This document shows positions 43,892 to 53,793 of a DNA stretch of 64,000 nucleotides, piece after piece (position 1 is the first letter of the stretch; each line of letters starts with the position of its first letter). Origin of the DNA: Actinomycetota bacterium. Its GTDB lineage: Bacteria; Actinomycetota; Acidimicrobiia; Acidimicrobiales; Ilumatobacteraceae. The position numbers and the translations under genes are program-made. The stretch spans positions 3,760 through 67,759 of the forward strand of contig SXYT01000076.1 of assembly GCA_005788205.1 (NCBI GenBank), written 5' to 3'. The notes below the pieces were generated by a model. The model did not search any database. It was not told the origin of the DNA and saw only the letters and a program-made list of their open reading frames with translations.

Positions 43892-45052
43892 ATGCTGCGT
43901 GTGGGAATGGTGTGCCCGTACAGCCTGACCATCCCGGGTGGGGTGCAGCAACAGGTGCTCGGGCTCGCCCGCGCGATGAGGGCCCAGGGTCACGAGGTGC
44001 GCGTGCTGGGGCCGTGCGACGGCCCGCCGCCGGAGTCGTTCGTGACCCCACTCGGCAACAGTCTCCCCACTGCGGTCAACGGCTCCGTGGCACCGCTCGC
44101 GCCGGATGTGCCCGCGGCGCTGCGCACGATCCGGGCGCTGAACGACGAGGCTTTCGACGTTCTCCACGTCCACGAGCCGCTCGTCCCGGGTCCGTCGTTG
44201 TCGGCCGTCCTGATGAAGCTCGCGCCGATCGTTGCCACTTTCCACTCGGCAGGTGACTCCGCCGCCTATCGCGTGTTCAACCGGCAGCTGACGCGGATCG
44301 CCTCGCGCATCGACATCCGGGTGGCGGTCTCGAAGGATGCCGTGGAACTGGCCCAGCGCTATGTCGCTGGTGAGTACGAGGTCCTGTTCAACGGGATCGA
44401 GCTCAGTGCTTACTCCGGTGCGGAACTCCCGAGGGAGAACGCCGTGTTCTTCGTCGGTCGTCACGAGCCACGAAAGGGCCTCGGCGTGCTTCTGGGGGCC
44501 CTCGAGCACCTTCCGGGCGACGTCTCTCTCTGGGTGGCCTCCGACGGGCCCGAGACGGCGGAACTGAGGAGTCGCTTCGGCGGGGACAAGCGGGTCGAGT
44601 GGCTCGGCCGCATCAGCGAGGCCGAGAAGGTCGACCGACTGAAGCGGGCACGGGTTTTCTGCGCCCCTTCGCTGCGCGGTGAGTCGTTCGGGGTCGTGCT
44701 CCTGGAGGCGATGGCGGCCGGCACGCCGGTGGTGGCGAGCGACATCGATGGGTACACGAACGTGGCCACCCATGACGTCGACGCACTCCTCGTGGAGCCC
44801 GGGGACGGGAAGGCGCTCGCAGCGGCGATCGCGCGGGTGATGGTGGACCCACGGCTTGCTGCCCGGCTCGTCGCCGCCGGGACCGCGCGCTCGATGGACT
44901 ACTCGATGGACACTCTCGCGGCTCACTATGTCGGTCTCTACGAGCGCGCGCTGAGGATGGAGGAAGCCGACCCGACCGTTGTGGAGGTGCCCCGTATGCT
45001 GAGACCCCTCAAGCACCGTTTCGTGCGGCGCCCGAGGATCCGCAGGGACTGA
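43892..45052 (+). CDS. pimA: GT4 glycosyltransferase; phosphatidyl-myo-inositol mannosyltransferase PimA-like
   Basis: 386 aa. Motifs: RVGMVCPYS...PGGVQ.QV..LA, the C-terminal EX7E region PSL.GESFG.VLLEAMAAGTPVVASDI, and LVEPGD. The gene context is the same as mycobacterial pimA. Confidence 0.8.
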   Translation: MLRVGMVCPYSLTIPGGVQQQVLGLARAMRAQGHEVRVLGPCDGPPPESFVTPLGNSLPTAVNGSVAPLAPDVPAALRTIRALNDEAFDVLHVHEPLVPGPSLSAVLMKLAPIVATFHSAGDSAAYRVFNRQLTRIASRIDIRVAVSKDAVELAQRYVAGEYEVLFNGIELSAYSGAELPRENAVFFVGRHEPRKGLGVLLGALEHLPGDVSLWVASDGPETAELRSRFGGDKRVEWLGRISEAEKVDRLKRARVFCAPSLRGESFGVVLLEAMAAGTPVVASDIDGYTNVATHDVDALLVEPGDGKALAAAIARVMVDPRLAARLVAAGTARSMDYSMDTLAAHYVGLYERALRMEEADPTVVEVPRMLRPLKHRFVRRPRIRRD

Positions 45053-45069
45053 ACATCGTTCCTGCGGTG

Positions 45070-45093
45070 CCGGTCCCCGTCGCCCGGGGCCGG
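45070..45093 (+). terminator. Candidate stem-loop after pimA (CCGG(T)CCCCG-TCGCC-CGGGGCCGG)
   Basis: A 9-bp GC stem with one bulged T, 18 nt after the pimA stop. There is no T-run. Confidence 0.3.
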
Positions 45094-45120
45094 GCAGACT
45101 GAACACGAGGAGGAAACACC

Positions 45121-45666
45121 ATGGAGATCGCACTCATCATCGTGGCGGCACTGGTCGTCATCGGCGTGCTGCTCTACAACTCGCTCATCCAGCGACGCAA
45201 CCGCGTCGACAATGCGTGGTCACAGATCGACGTGCAGCTGAAGCGCCGGCTCGACCTGATCCCGAATCTCGTCGAGACCGTCAAGGGTTATGCGGAGCAC
45301 GAGAAGTCGACTTTCGATGCCGTCATCTCGGCGCGACAGGCAGCCATGGCGGCCCCGGCGACGCCTTCGGCGCAGGCGGGCGCCTCGAACGCGGTGACGG
45401 GCGCGCTGCGCCAGTTGTTCGCCCTCTCCGAGGCCTACCCCGACCTGAAGGCCAACGCGAACTTCCTGGCCCTCCAGGAGGAACTGACCTCGACCGAGAG
45501 CAGGGTGGCCTACGCCCGCCAGTTCTACAACGACGAGGTCCTCGGCCTGAACAATGCCATCCAGAAGATCCCCGGTCTTTTCGTTGCCCGGCTCGCCGGG
45601 ATCGGCCCGCGCGACTACTTCGACGCAGAGCCTGCGGCGGACAACCCGCCCAAAGTCCAGTTCTGA
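45121..45666 (+). CDS. lemA: LemA family protein
   Basis: 181 aa. It has an N-terminal TM helix. YNSLIQRRNRVDNAWSQIDVQLKRR.DLIPNLVETVKGYA.HE and EAYPDLKAN..F..LQ.EL..TE.R.A.AR..YN are the LemA signatures. AGGAGGA lies upstream. Confidence 0.88.
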   Translation: MEIALIIVAALVVIGVLLYNSLIQRRNRVDNAWSQIDVQLKRRLDLIPNLVETVKGYAEHEKSTFDAVISARQAAMAAPATPSAQAGASNAVTGALRQLFALSEAYPDLKANANFLALQEELTSTESRVAYARQFYNDEVLGLNNAIQKIPGLFVARLAGIGPRDYFDAEPAADNPPKVQF

Positions 45667-45695
45667 GCCCCGGGCCTTCGTAGGCTCGGGTTCCC

Positions 45696-46601
45696 ATGCA
45701 CGATCTCATCTCCTCGAACAAGCGCCGCACTGTCCTGCTGATGACCGTGTTCATCGGGCTCCTCGTCCTTGTGGGGATGTCGGTCGGCGTCCTGGTCGGC
45801 AACGGCGCCGCTGGCACGGTCATTGCCCTCGTCCTCGCGGGGGGAACGGCCTTCGCCTCCTACTGGAAGGCGGACAAGATCGCACTGGCGGTGAGCAGGG
45901 CGATCCCGGCGGACCCGGCCGTGTACCCGCGCCTCCACAACCTCGTCGAGGGACTGTGCATCGCCGGTGGCCTGCCCAAACCGGGCGTCTACGTGATCGA
46001 GGACGAGGCACCCAACGCTTTCGCGACCGGTCGCAACCCGCAGCACGCCGCAATCGCGGTGACAACGGGCTTGCTCGACAAGATGAACCGCGTCGAACTG
46101 GAGGGGGTCGTGGCGCACGAGCTCTCCCACATCCGCAACTACGACATCCTCGTCTCGACTCTCGCCGTCACCATGGTCGGAGCCGTCGCGATCCTGACCG
46201 ACGTCGCGATCCGCCTGATGTGGTGGAACGGCGGCCGGGTTGCCCGCGACGGGGACCGTGACAACGGCTCCAACCCGCTCGCGTTCGTCGGTCTCGCCCT
46301 GCTCATTCTCGCGCCGCTCTTCGCCCGCCTGATGCACGCCGCTGTCAGCCGCAACCGGGAGTCCCTGGCGGACGCATCGGCCTGCCAGATGACGCGCTAC
46401 CCGCCCGGGTTGATCTCCGCCCTCGAGAAACTGCGTGACGACGTGACGGTCACCCACTCGGCATCGATGGCAACCGCCCACCTGTGGATCGAGCAGCCCC
46501 TGTCCGGGGTCGGTGACGCGGGTCGACTGGCCCGGTTCCATAATCTGTTCAACACGCACCCCCCAATCGAGGAACGCATCGCGCGCCTCAAGGAGATCTG
46601 A
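45696..46601 (+). CDS. htpX: Zinc metalloprotease HtpX (peptidase M48)
   Basis: 301 aa. Motifs: NAFATGRNP, the catalytic HELSHIRNYD, a downstream E ligand region (SRNRESLADA) and FNTHPPIEERI. Confidence 0.92.
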   Translation: MHDLISSNKRRTVLLMTVFIGLLVLVGMSVGVLVGNGAAGTVIALVLAGGTAFASYWKADKIALAVSRAIPADPAVYPRLHNLVEGLCIAGGLPKPGVYVIEDEAPNAFATGRNPQHAAIAVTTGLLDKMNRVELEGVVAHELSHIRNYDILVSTLAVTMVGAVAILTDVAIRLMWWNGGRVARDGDRDNGSNPLAFVGLALLILAPLFARLMHAAVSRNRESLADASACQMTRYPPGLISALEKLRDDVTVTHSASMATAHLWIEQPLSGVGDAGRLARFHNLFNTHPPIEERIARLKEI

Positions 46602-46602
46602 G

Positions 46603-47700
46603 ATGACGAAGCGCACGACAATCGCAGTGATCACGGCAGCGGCTTTTCTGGCCCCGGTTCTCGCCTCGTGCGGAGGCGGTGGCGGGACGGACGGTGCGTC
46701 TGACACCACCGCTGCCACTGACACCACCGGCCCCGGCACACCTGCGGTCGTGTACCCGCTCACGGGTTTGCCGGTGGACGACCCCACACAGGCGGCACGC
46801 CCTGCGCTGGTGGCCAAGATCGACAACCACCCGAACGCCCGTCCCCAGGCCGGCCTCAACAAGGCGGACATCATCATCGAGGAGAACGTGGAGGGCCTGA
46901 CCCGCTTCGCCGCGATCTTCCACAGCGAGGGCAGCGACCCCGTCGGCCCGCTGCGCAGCGGCCGCACCCAGGACAAGATCTTCCTCGGTTCCTACAACAA
47001 GCCGCTCTTCATGTGGAGCGGCGGCAACTACCGGGTCACGCAGGTCATCAACAACAGCGACCTCGTGAACATCGGGCACTCGGCCTCGAAGGGGAAGGGC
47101 GGCTACTACCGCGAGAAGACGCGCAAGATCCCGTACAACCTCTACGCGAGCACCACCAAGGGCTGGGGACTCGCGCCCGAGGGCTCCGGCCCGCCGCCGG
47201 CGCAGGTGCTGTACCGCGGTGTGAGCGACGCGATGCCCTCGACTGCCGTTCCGGTCGATGGAGCCAAGGTCTCCATGTACAACGTCAAGGTGTACTGGAA
47301 GTGGGACGCGGCTGCCGGCCAGTTCCTCCGCTACACGGAGAACGTGAAGCGCGAGCTCGAGCCACACATGTCGGCCGAGGGCACCACGCCCGTCGACCAG
47401 GTGAACGCGAAGAACGTGGTCGTTCTCTACTGCACCTACAAGCGCAGTTGGGCTGACCGCAAGAGCCCGGAGGCGCAGACGACCGGCACGGGTGACGGCT
47501 TCGTCCTCACCAACGGTGCCATCATCCCGATCAAGTGGACCCGCGCCGAGCAGAAGGATGTCTTCACCTTCACGGATGCCGACGGGGCAGTGGTCCGCAT
47601 GACCCCCGGCCGCACGTGGATCGAGCTCGGTTTCAAGAAGTCTCTCGCCCAGGTGGACCCGGGTGTCGACCCGAAAAAGGTCGGCTGGCCCGCCACCTGA
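46603..47700 (+). CDS. DUF3048 domain-containing lipoprotein
   Basis: The ATG at 46603 gives MTKRTTIAVITAAAFLAPVLASCGG (lipobox LASC), then YPLTGL......RPALVAKIDNHP.ARPQAGLN.ADII.EE.VEG..TRFAAIF, typical of DUF3048. Confidence 0.78.
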   Translation: MTKRTTIAVITAAAFLAPVLASCGGGGGTDGASDTTAATDTTGPGTPAVVYPLTGLPVDDPTQAARPALVAKIDNHPNARPQAGLNKADIIIEENVEGLTRFAAIFHSEGSDPVGPLRSGRTQDKIFLGSYNKPLFMWSGGNYRVTQVINNSDLVNIGHSASKGKGGYYREKTRKIPYNLYASTTKGWGLAPEGSGPPPAQVLYRGVSDAMPSTAVPVDGAKVSMYNVKVYWKWDAAAGQFLRYTENVKRELEPHMSAEGTTPVDQVNAKNVVVLYCTYKRSWADRKSPEAQTTGTGDGFVLTNGAIIPIKWTRAEQKDVFTFTDADGAVVRMTPGRTWIELGFKKSLAQVDPGVDPKKVGWPAT

Positions 47701-47772
47701 GCCCGCGTCCGTGACCGTTGTCCGCCCCGAATTGCGGGTGAACGGGTGCCGGCTCCTCGGTACGCTTTGCCC

Positions 47773-48672
47773 ATGACCTCACAGTCCCAGTCCTCAGTCG
47801 GCACCCCTCGCGTCAAGCGAGGTCTGGCGGAAATGATGAAGGGCGGCGTCATCATGGATGTCGTCACCCCGGATCAGGCCCGGATTGCAGAGGACGCCGG
47901 GGCGTGCGCCGTCATGGCACTCGAGCGGGTCCCTGCCGATATCCGCCGTGACGGGGGCGTCGCCCGCATGAGCGATCCCGAGATGATCGAGGGCATCAAG
48001 GCTGCGGTCCGCATCCCCGTGATGGCCAAGGCCCGTATCGGCCACTTCGTGGAGGCACAGATCCTGGAGGCGCTCGGTGTCGACTTCGTGGACGAGTCCG
48101 AGGTGCTCACACCGGCGGACGAGACGCACCACATCGACAAGTTCGCGTTCACCGTGCCCTTCGTGTGCGGGGCCACGAACCTTGGGGAGGCCCTGCGCCG
48201 CATCTCCGAGGGCGCGTGCATGATCCGCTCGATGGGCGAGGCGGGCACCGGCAACATCGTCGAGGCGGTGCGCCACCTGCGCAGCATCCTCGGCGACATC
48301 CGCCGTGTGACGCAGGCGGACAGCGCGGAGCTCTTTGACTGGGCCAAGAAGCTCCAGGCGCCCCTGCCGCTCGTGCAGGAGATCGCCGAGACCGGCAGGT
48401 TCCCCGTGCCGATCTTCTGTGCCGGGGGCATCGCGACGCCTGCCGACGCCGCGCTCGCCATGCAGCTCGGGGCCGAGGCCGTCTTCGTGGGGTCCGGGAT
48501 CTTCAAGAGCGATCCGTCGACTGTGGCGCTGCGTGCCAAGGCAATCGTCGAGGCCACGACCCATTTCCGCGATCCGCACATCCTCGCCAAGGTCAGCCGT
48601 GGTCTCGGTGCACCGATGACGGGCATCGGGATGGACGAGATCAACCAGCGCTACGCCGAGCGCGGCTGGTGA
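47773..48672 (+). CDS. pdxS: Pyridoxal 5'-phosphate synthase lyase subunit PdxS
   Basis: Motifs: [52 protein letters not shown] and FVGSGIFKS. The ATG at 47773 is preferred over GTG 47746. Confidence 0.95.
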   Translation: MTSQSQSSVGTPRVKRGLAEMMKGGVIMDVVTPDQARIAEDAGACAVMALERVPADIRRDGGVARMSDPEMIEGIKAAVRIPVMAKARIGHFVEAQILEALGVDFVDESEVLTPADETHHIDKFAFTVPFVCGATNLGEALRRISEGACMIRSMGEAGTGNIVEAVRHLRSILGDIRRVTQADSAELFDWAKKLQAPLPLVQEIAETGRFPVPIFCAGGIATPADAALAMQLGAEAVFVGSGIFKSDPSTVALRAKAIVEATTHFRDPHILAKVSRGLGAPMTGIGMDEINQRYAERGW

Positions 48673-48698
48673 ACCGTCCGTGAACGCGAGGCCTCCAG

Positions 48699-49355
48699 GT
48701 GCCGCCGGTCATCGGGGTGCTCGCGCTGCAGGGCGCGTTCGCGGCGCACGCTGAGTCGTTGCGCCGCTGCGGCGCATCCACATCCGAAGTGCGAACGCCG
48801 GGAGACCTCGCCGCTGTCGATGCTCTCGTGATGCCCGGCGGGGAGTCGAGCACCATGTCCCAGTTGCTCGAGTCGTCGGGGCTCTTCACCGCGGTGGCTG
48901 CACGCATCAGCAAGGGCATGGCTGTGCTCGGGACATGCGCGGGGATGATCCTGCTCGCCTCGGAGGTGCTCGACGGCCGTTCCGACCAGCGGAGCTTCTC
49001 GACCCTTGACATCTCTGTGCGGAGGAACGCTTTCGGCCGCCAGATCGACTCGTTCGAGGCCAGCATCGACACCCCGGAGGGCCCTTTCCACGGGGTCTTC
49101 ATCCGCGCACCCCGCATCGAGAGAGTCGGCCCGGGGGTCGACATCCTGGGCTCCCTGGACGGCGAGCCGGTCCTCGTGCGCCGGGGCAACGTTCTGGCTG
49201 CGTCGTTTCACCCCGAGCTCGCCGGCGACGACCGTCTGCACGGGTACTTTGTGTCCGTCGTCAGCCCTGGTGACGTGCCCGACGGGCACCATCGCGCTGG
49301 CGCCGGGCCCGCCGGTGCGGCCGTTGACACCCGAGAGAGAAAGAGGGAAGGCTGA
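48699..49355 (+). CDS. pdxT: Pyridoxal 5'-phosphate synthase glutaminase subunit PdxT
   Basis: Motifs: IGVLALQGAF..H, LVMPGGESST, the catalytic GTCAGMILLA, and SFHPEL. It has an unusual C-terminal tail of about 30 aa. Confidence 0.92.
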   Translation: MPPVIGVLALQGAFAAHAESLRRCGASTSEVRTPGDLAAVDALVMPGGESSTMSQLLESSGLFTAVAARISKGMAVLGTCAGMILLASEVLDGRSDQRSFSTLDISVRRNAFGRQIDSFEASIDTPEGPFHGVFIRAPRIERVGPGVDILGSLDGEPVLVRRGNVLAASFHPELAGDDRLHGYFVSVVSPGDVPDGHHRAGAGPAGAAVDTRERKREG

Positions 49356-49357
49356 CC

Positions 49358-50104
49358 ATGTCCGGACACTCCAAGTGGGCGACGATCAAGCACAAGAAGG
49401 GCGCAGCCGACAAGGCGCGGGGCAAGCTGTTCGCCAAGCTCGCCCGACAGATCGAGGTGGCCGCGCGCCAGGGCGGGGGAGACATCGAGTCGAATGCGTC
49501 ACTGCGCACCATGGTCCTGAAGGCCAAGGCGGCCCAGATGACGAAGGACGCAATCGACAGGGCCGTGAAGCGCGGCATCGGCGAGAACGACGGTGCCAAC
49601 TACGAGTCGATCACCTACGAGGGCTACGCGCCCGGCGGGGTGGCGATGCTGATCGACGTCCTCACGGACAACAGGAACCGCACGGCCTCGGACGTGCGGA
49701 GCGCGTTCACGAAGTTCGGCGGGGCCATGGCAGAGCCCGGTGCGGTGGGGTGGCAGTTCTCCAGGCGCGGCGTGATTCTCGTGGACGGTGCGGCCGACGA
49801 GGACACCGTCATGACTGCCGCACTCGAGGCGGGCGCAGAGGATGTCGAGCGCGACGGCGGTTCATGGAAGGTCCTGGCCGACCCCTCCTGCGTGTGGGAC
49901 GTGAAGGATTCCCTCGAGACCGCCGGGCTGGCCGTCCAGTCCGCGGAGAGCACAATGGTGTCGTCGACCGTAATAGAGGTCACGGACAGGGAGGATGCGC
50001 GCCAGATCCTGCGCATCATGGATACTCTCGAGGACAACGATGACGTGCAGGACGTCTACGCGAATTTCGATATCGCGGAATCAATCATGGAAGAGGTCAG
50101 TTGA
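49358..50104 (+). CDS. yebC: YebC/PmpR family DNA-binding transcriptional regulator
   Basis: 248 aa. [27 protein letters not shown]...I..AAR.GG.D is the diagnostic N-terminus. Confidence 0.93.
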   Translation: MSGHSKWATIKHKKGAADKARGKLFAKLARQIEVAARQGGGDIESNASLRTMVLKAKAAQMTKDAIDRAVKRGIGENDGANYESITYEGYAPGGVAMLIDVLTDNRNRTASDVRSAFTKFGGAMAEPGAVGWQFSRRGVILVDGAADEDTVMTAALEAGAEDVERDGGSWKVLADPSCVWDVKDSLETAGLAVQSAESTMVSSTVIEVTDREDARQILRIMDTLEDNDDVQDVYANFDIAESIMEEVS

Positions 50105-50562
50105 TGGCTGTCGGAACGGGCGACACAGCCCCTGATTTCACGCTGCCCGGCACGGGTGGTCGTTCGTACTCGCTCTCGGAGTTCAAGGGTCAGCCCGTCG
50201 TGGTCGTCTTCTATCCCGGTGACGCGACGGCCGTCTGCACGAAGCAGCTCAATTCGTACAACAACGAACTCGACGCCTTCTCCGGCGTGGGTGCGCAGGT
50301 CCTTGCGATCTCCGCCCAGGACATGGACAGCCACGAGACATTCGCGGCCCGGCACGGCTTCAAGTTCCCACTCCTTGCTGACACGGACAAGTCCGTGGCG
50401 GAGAAGTACGGGACCATCGGACCGCTCGGGTTCCCCCGCCGCAGTGTCTTTGTGGTCAGCCCTGCGGGGGTCATCACATACGCCCACAGAGCCATCGCGG
50501 GCCTCACCTACCGCCCTGTGGACGAACTCGTCGCCGCGGTGGAGGCGTCCCGCACGGCCTGA
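50104..50562 (+). CDS. bcp: Peroxiredoxin (Bcp/PrxQ type)
   Basis: Motifs: DFTLPG..G...[22 protein letters not shown] (peroxidatic Cys) and [15 protein letters not shown]. The ATG overlaps the yebC stop, and TTG 50101 is also possible. Confidence 0.88.
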   Translation: MAVGTGDTAPDFTLPGTGGRSYSLSEFKGQPVVVVFYPGDATAVCTKQLNSYNNELDAFSGVGAQVLAISAQDMDSHETFAARHGFKFPLLADTDKSVAEKYGTIGPLGFPRRSVFVVSPAGVITYAHRAIAGLTYRPVDELVAAVEASRTA

Positions 50563-50609
50563 CCCCACCCGGGAAAGGCTCGCCAGCAGGCGTCCCAGCC
50601 GTTACCATA

Positions 50610-50623
50610 CGAACTTATGTTCG
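50610..50623. promoter_or_regulatory. LexA SOS box (CGAAC-TTAT-GTTCG) upstream of ruvC
   Basis: A perfect 5+5 inverted repeat with a 4-nt spacer. It matches the Gram-positive/mycobacterial consensus (T)CGAAC-N4-GTTCG(A). A -10-like TATGTT (50616-50621) is embedded in it. It lies 57 nt upstream of the preferred ruvC start. Confidence 0.6.
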
Positions 50624-50679
50624 GTCCCCACGGCGTCACCAGTCCCGCCGGCACGGCCCCTGCGGACGGCGGGGGCGGC

Positions 50680-51198
50680 ATGGATGTCGTGCTCGGGATC
50701 GACCCCGGCCTGACCCGGTGCGGATATGCCGTCCTCGGCGTGGTTCCCGGCCGGCCACCGAAGCCGCTGTCCATGGGTGTCATCCGAACCCCTGCCACGG
50801 ACCCGCTCCCGGAGCGTCTCGGCCTGCTGCACCGCGAGATCGCCGCCCTGATCGCGGAGTTCAAGCCGTCATCTGTGGCCATCGAACAGGTCTTTTTCCA
50901 GAACAACGTGCGGACGGCCATGTCGGTGGGGCAGGCGAGTGGGGTCGTGATTGCGCTCGCCGCCAACTCGGGGTGCACCGTCGCCCAGTACACGCCCTCG
51001 CAGGTGAAGGACACTGTCGCCGGCTGGGGTGGTGCCGACAAGGCGCAGGTGCAGCGGATGGTCCAGCAGCGCCTCGGGCTGTCGTCGCTGCCGAAGCCCG
51101 CCGATGCGGCCGATGCCGCCGCCATCGCACTCTGCCACTGTGCGATCGCGCCGTTCGTGGCCTTGAGGGATGCGGCACTCGCGCGGGGGCGGTCATGA
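50680..51198 (+). CDS. ruvC: Crossover junction endodeoxyribonuclease RuvC
   Basis: MDVVLGIDPGLTRCGYAV (catalytic Asp), AIEQVFF, and ADAADAAAIALCH. The ATG at 50680 is preferred because the ATG at 50617 lies inside the SOS box. Confidence 0.9.
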   Translation: MDVVLGIDPGLTRCGYAVLGVVPGRPPKPLSMGVIRTPATDPLPERLGLLHREIAALIAEFKPSSVAIEQVFFQNNVRTAMSVGQASGVVIALAANSGCTVAQYTPSQVKDTVAGWGGADKAQVQRMVQQRLGLSSLPKPADAADAAAIALCHCAIAPFVALRDAALARGRS

Positions 51199-51788
51199 TC
51201 GGGAGCCTCCGTGGCCATGTCCTCGAGCGTGTCGCTCCATCCACCGTCCTCGTCGAGGTGCAGGGTGTCGGGTACCTGTGCACGGTCACCGCCGCCACGT
51301 TCGCCGAGATGGAGCCCACGTCGCCCGTTTTCGTTCACGTCCACCACCACATCCGTGAGGACGCACAGACGCTCTATGCCTTCACCAGCCGCACGGAGAG
51401 GGACACCTTCGACGTGCTCCTCTCCACCCACGGGATCGGACCGGCAATGGCAATGGCGATCCTGTCCACCTACTCGCCCCAGTCGCTCGTCACGATCGTG
51501 GTGTCAGGCGACACCGGCGCACTCACCGCTGTCCCCGGTGTCGGCAAGAAGACCGCCGAGCGGCTCATGGTCGAGCTGAAGTCACGCCTCAACATCGACT
51601 CTGTGGCGACCGTGGGGGCCGACGGGTCCGTGCAGTCGGCTGCGGCGGACGTGAGGGAGGCGCTGACTTCGCTCGGGTACGGGCCCGACGAGATCCGCGA
51701 CGTGATGCGCCAGCTCACCAACGTGGATGCACCCGAATCGATGCTGCGCGATGCGCTCGCCCTGCTGGGAGCCCGCCGTGCGGGATGA
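51195..51788 (+). CDS. ruvA: Holliday junction branch migration complex subunit RuvA
   Basis: MIGSLRGHV......[11 protein letters not shown], then two HhH motifs ([12 protein letters not shown] and [12 protein letters not shown]). The ATG overlaps the ruvC stop (ATGA). Confidence 0.93.
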   Translation: MIGSLRGHVLERVAPSTVLVEVQGVGYLCTVTAATFAEMEPTSPVFVHVHHHIREDAQTLYAFTSRTERDTFDVLLSTHGIGPAMAMAILSTYSPQSLVTIVVSGDTGALTAVPGVGKKTAERLMVELKSRLNIDSVATVGADGSVQSAAADVREALTSLGYGPDEIRDVMRQLTNVDAPESMLRDALALLGARRAG

Positions 51789-52770
51789 GTTCATGGACCC
51801 CACTGTCCATTCGGATGCCGACCACATCGACGAGGCCAGCCTGCGGCCGCGCGCACTCGATGAGTTCGTCGGCCAGCGCGAACTGAAGGAGCACCTCGAC
51901 ATCGTCCTCGGTGCGGCAAAACAGCGCGGCCAGGCGGCCGACCACATTCTCCTTGCTGGACCGCCCGGCCTCGGCAAGACCACGATGGCGGGCATCGTCG
52001 CCGCCGAGATGGGCGTGGGTTTCCACGTGACCAGCGGGCCGGCTCTCGAGCGTGCGGGCGATCTTGCGGCGATCCTCACGAAACTGCAGGAGTCGGACGT
52101 CCTCTTCATCGACGAGATCCACCGTCTCTCGCGCTCGGTCGAGGAGATCCTCTACCCGGCCATGGAGGACTTCCAGATCGACATCGTGGTGGGCAAGGGC
52201 CCTGCCGCCTCGTCCATCCGTCTCTCGCTCCCGCGGTTCACCCTCATCGGGGCGACCACGCGGACCGGCATGATCACTGGTCCACTGCGTGACAGGTTCG
52301 GTCTGGTGGCCCGGCTCGACTTCTACGACGACGAGGAGCTGCGTTCCATCGTGGAGCGCGCCGCGGGAATCCTCGATGTGCCCCTGCGCGGTGACAGTGC
52401 TGAGCAGATCGCCCGCCGGAGCAGGGGCACGCCGCGAATCGCGAACCGCCTGCTGCGCCGCGTCCGTTACTTTGCCGAGGTGCGCGGCAACGGAGTGGTC
52501 GACCCTGCCACCGCGGACGAGGCACTGCGCGTCTTCGGTGTCGATGCAATTGGTCTCGACAAGGTCGACAGGGCGATCCTCAACGCGCTGTGCGAACGGT
52601 TCGGCGGCGGGCCCGTCGGTCTCACCACGCTCGCAATCGCGGTCGGGGAGCAACCCGAGACGGTCGAGGACGTGTACGAGCCGTTCCTCATCCAGCAGGG
52701 CCTCATCGCGCGGACGCCGCGCGGACGGGTGGCGATGGACGCCGCGTGGCGGCATCTGTCCAGCCCGTAG
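51778..52770 (+). CDS. ruvB: Holliday junction branch migration DNA helicase RuvB
   Basis: LRPR.LDEFVGQ, Walker [10 protein letters not shown], Walker [10 protein letters not shown], and [16 protein letters not shown]. The start is GTG 51778 or ATG 51793. Confidence 0.95.
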   Translation: MRDEFMDPTVHSDADHIDEASLRPRALDEFVGQRELKEHLDIVLGAAKQRGQAADHILLAGPPGLGKTTMAGIVAAEMGVGFHVTSGPALERAGDLAAILTKLQESDVLFIDEIHRLSRSVEEILYPAMEDFQIDIVVGKGPAASSIRLSLPRFTLIGATTRTGMITGPLRDRFGLVARLDFYDDEELRSIVERAAGILDVPLRGDSAEQIARRSRGTPRIANRLLRRVRYFAEVRGNGVVDPATADEALRVFGVDAIGLDKVDRAILNALCERFGGGPVGLTTLAIAVGEQPETVEDVYEPFLIQQGLIARTPRGRVAMDAAWRHLSSP

Positions 52771-52779
52771 CCTTTCGGC

Positions 52780-53793
52780 GTGCGACTGTCGGACATCGAT
52801 TACGACCTGCCCGACGAACTGATCGCGCAGAAGCCGGCGGAGCCACGTGACTCCTCGCGCCTGCTCGTCGACAGGGGTCCCGCGGCGCCGGACCACATGG
52901 GCATGACCGACATCGCGGACCTGCTCGGACCCGGTGACGTCCTCGTGGTGAACGACACCCGGGTCCTGCCGGCGCGGTTGATGCTGCAGCGCTCGACGGG
53001 TGGTGCAGCCGAGGTCTTGCTCCTCGAGCCCCTGGACGACGGCCGCCGCCGCTGGGAGGCCCTGGTACGGCCCGCCCGCAGGCTGAAAGAGGGGGAGGTG
53101 CTCGAGTTCTTCGGCAAGCGCGTGGCGCGGGTGGGAACGCGCACGGAGGCGGGGGACACGTTCGAGGTGGAGATCCTGGATGACGTGCCCCTCGCGTTGA
53201 TCGAGCGGATCGGGTCGATGCCGCTTCCCCCGTACATCCGCGGTTCGCTGAAGGACAAGGAGAGGTACCAGACGGTGTACTCGCGGGACGCCCGCAGCGC
53301 CGCCGCACCGACTGCCGGACTCCATTTCACCGAGGAACTTCTCGCCCGTGTCACGGCGAGGGGTGTCACCATGGTGCGGGTGGAACTGGTGGTCGGTCTC
53401 GACACGTTCAAGCCGGTCACGGAGGAGGACCCGCTGAACCACAGGATCCACACCGAGACGTACTCGGTCCCGCAAGAGACGATTGCCGCGTGTGCGGCGG
53501 CGGAACGGGTGGTGGCGGTCGGCACCACCGCGGCCAGGGCGCTCGAGTCGGCAGCCGCCACCGGCAACCTGTCGGGCCGCACGTCCCTGTTCATCACGAG
53601 AGGGCACGAGTGGAGGACCGTGGACCTCCTGCTCACGAACTTCCACATGCCGAGGACGTCGCTCCTTCTCATGGTCGATTCGTTCGTCGGGCCCCGCTGG
53701 CGGCGGTTGTACGCAGAGGCCGTGAGGGAGCGCTACCGCTTCCTGTCCTTCGGTGACGCGATGCTCCTCGACCGCAGCCTGGGCGGTGAGTGA
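52780..53793 (+). CDS. queA: tRNA preQ1(34) S-adenosylmethionine ribosyltransferase-isomerase QueA
   Basis: (M)RLSDIDYDLPDELIAQ.PAEPRDSSRLLV, PLPPYI, AAPTAGLHFT and TNFHMPRTSLL. Confidence 0.95.
   Translation: MRLSDIDYDLPDELIAQKPAEPRDSSRLLVDRGPAAPDHMGMTDIADLLGPGDVLVVNDTRVLPARLMLQRSTGGAAEVLLLEPLDDGRRRWEALVRPARRLKEGEVLEFFGKRVARVGTRTEAGDTFEVEILDDVPLALIERIGSMPLPPYIRGSLKDKERYQTVYSRDARSAAAPTAGLHFTEELLARVTARGVTMVRVELVVGLDTFKPVTEEDPLNHRIHTETYSVPQETIAACAAAERVVAVGTTAARALESAAATGNLSGRTSLFITRGHEWRTVDLLLTNFHMPRTSLLLMVDSFVGPRWRRLYAEAVRERYRFLSFGDAMLLDRSLGGE

Noticed and set aside
43874-45133. Upstream 420 codons of the 724-aa - strand ORF containing the LLM oxidoreductase
   Set aside because: It is antisense to pimA and has junk composition. 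The LLM domain is complete from ATG 43873.
50617-50679. ATG 50617 as the ruvC start (193-aa version)
   Set aside because: This ATG lies inside the SOS-box spacer. The extra 21 residues are Gly/Pro/Ala-rich and non-conserved. RuvC proteins normally begin a few residues before the LGIDPG motif, so ATG 50680 is preferred.
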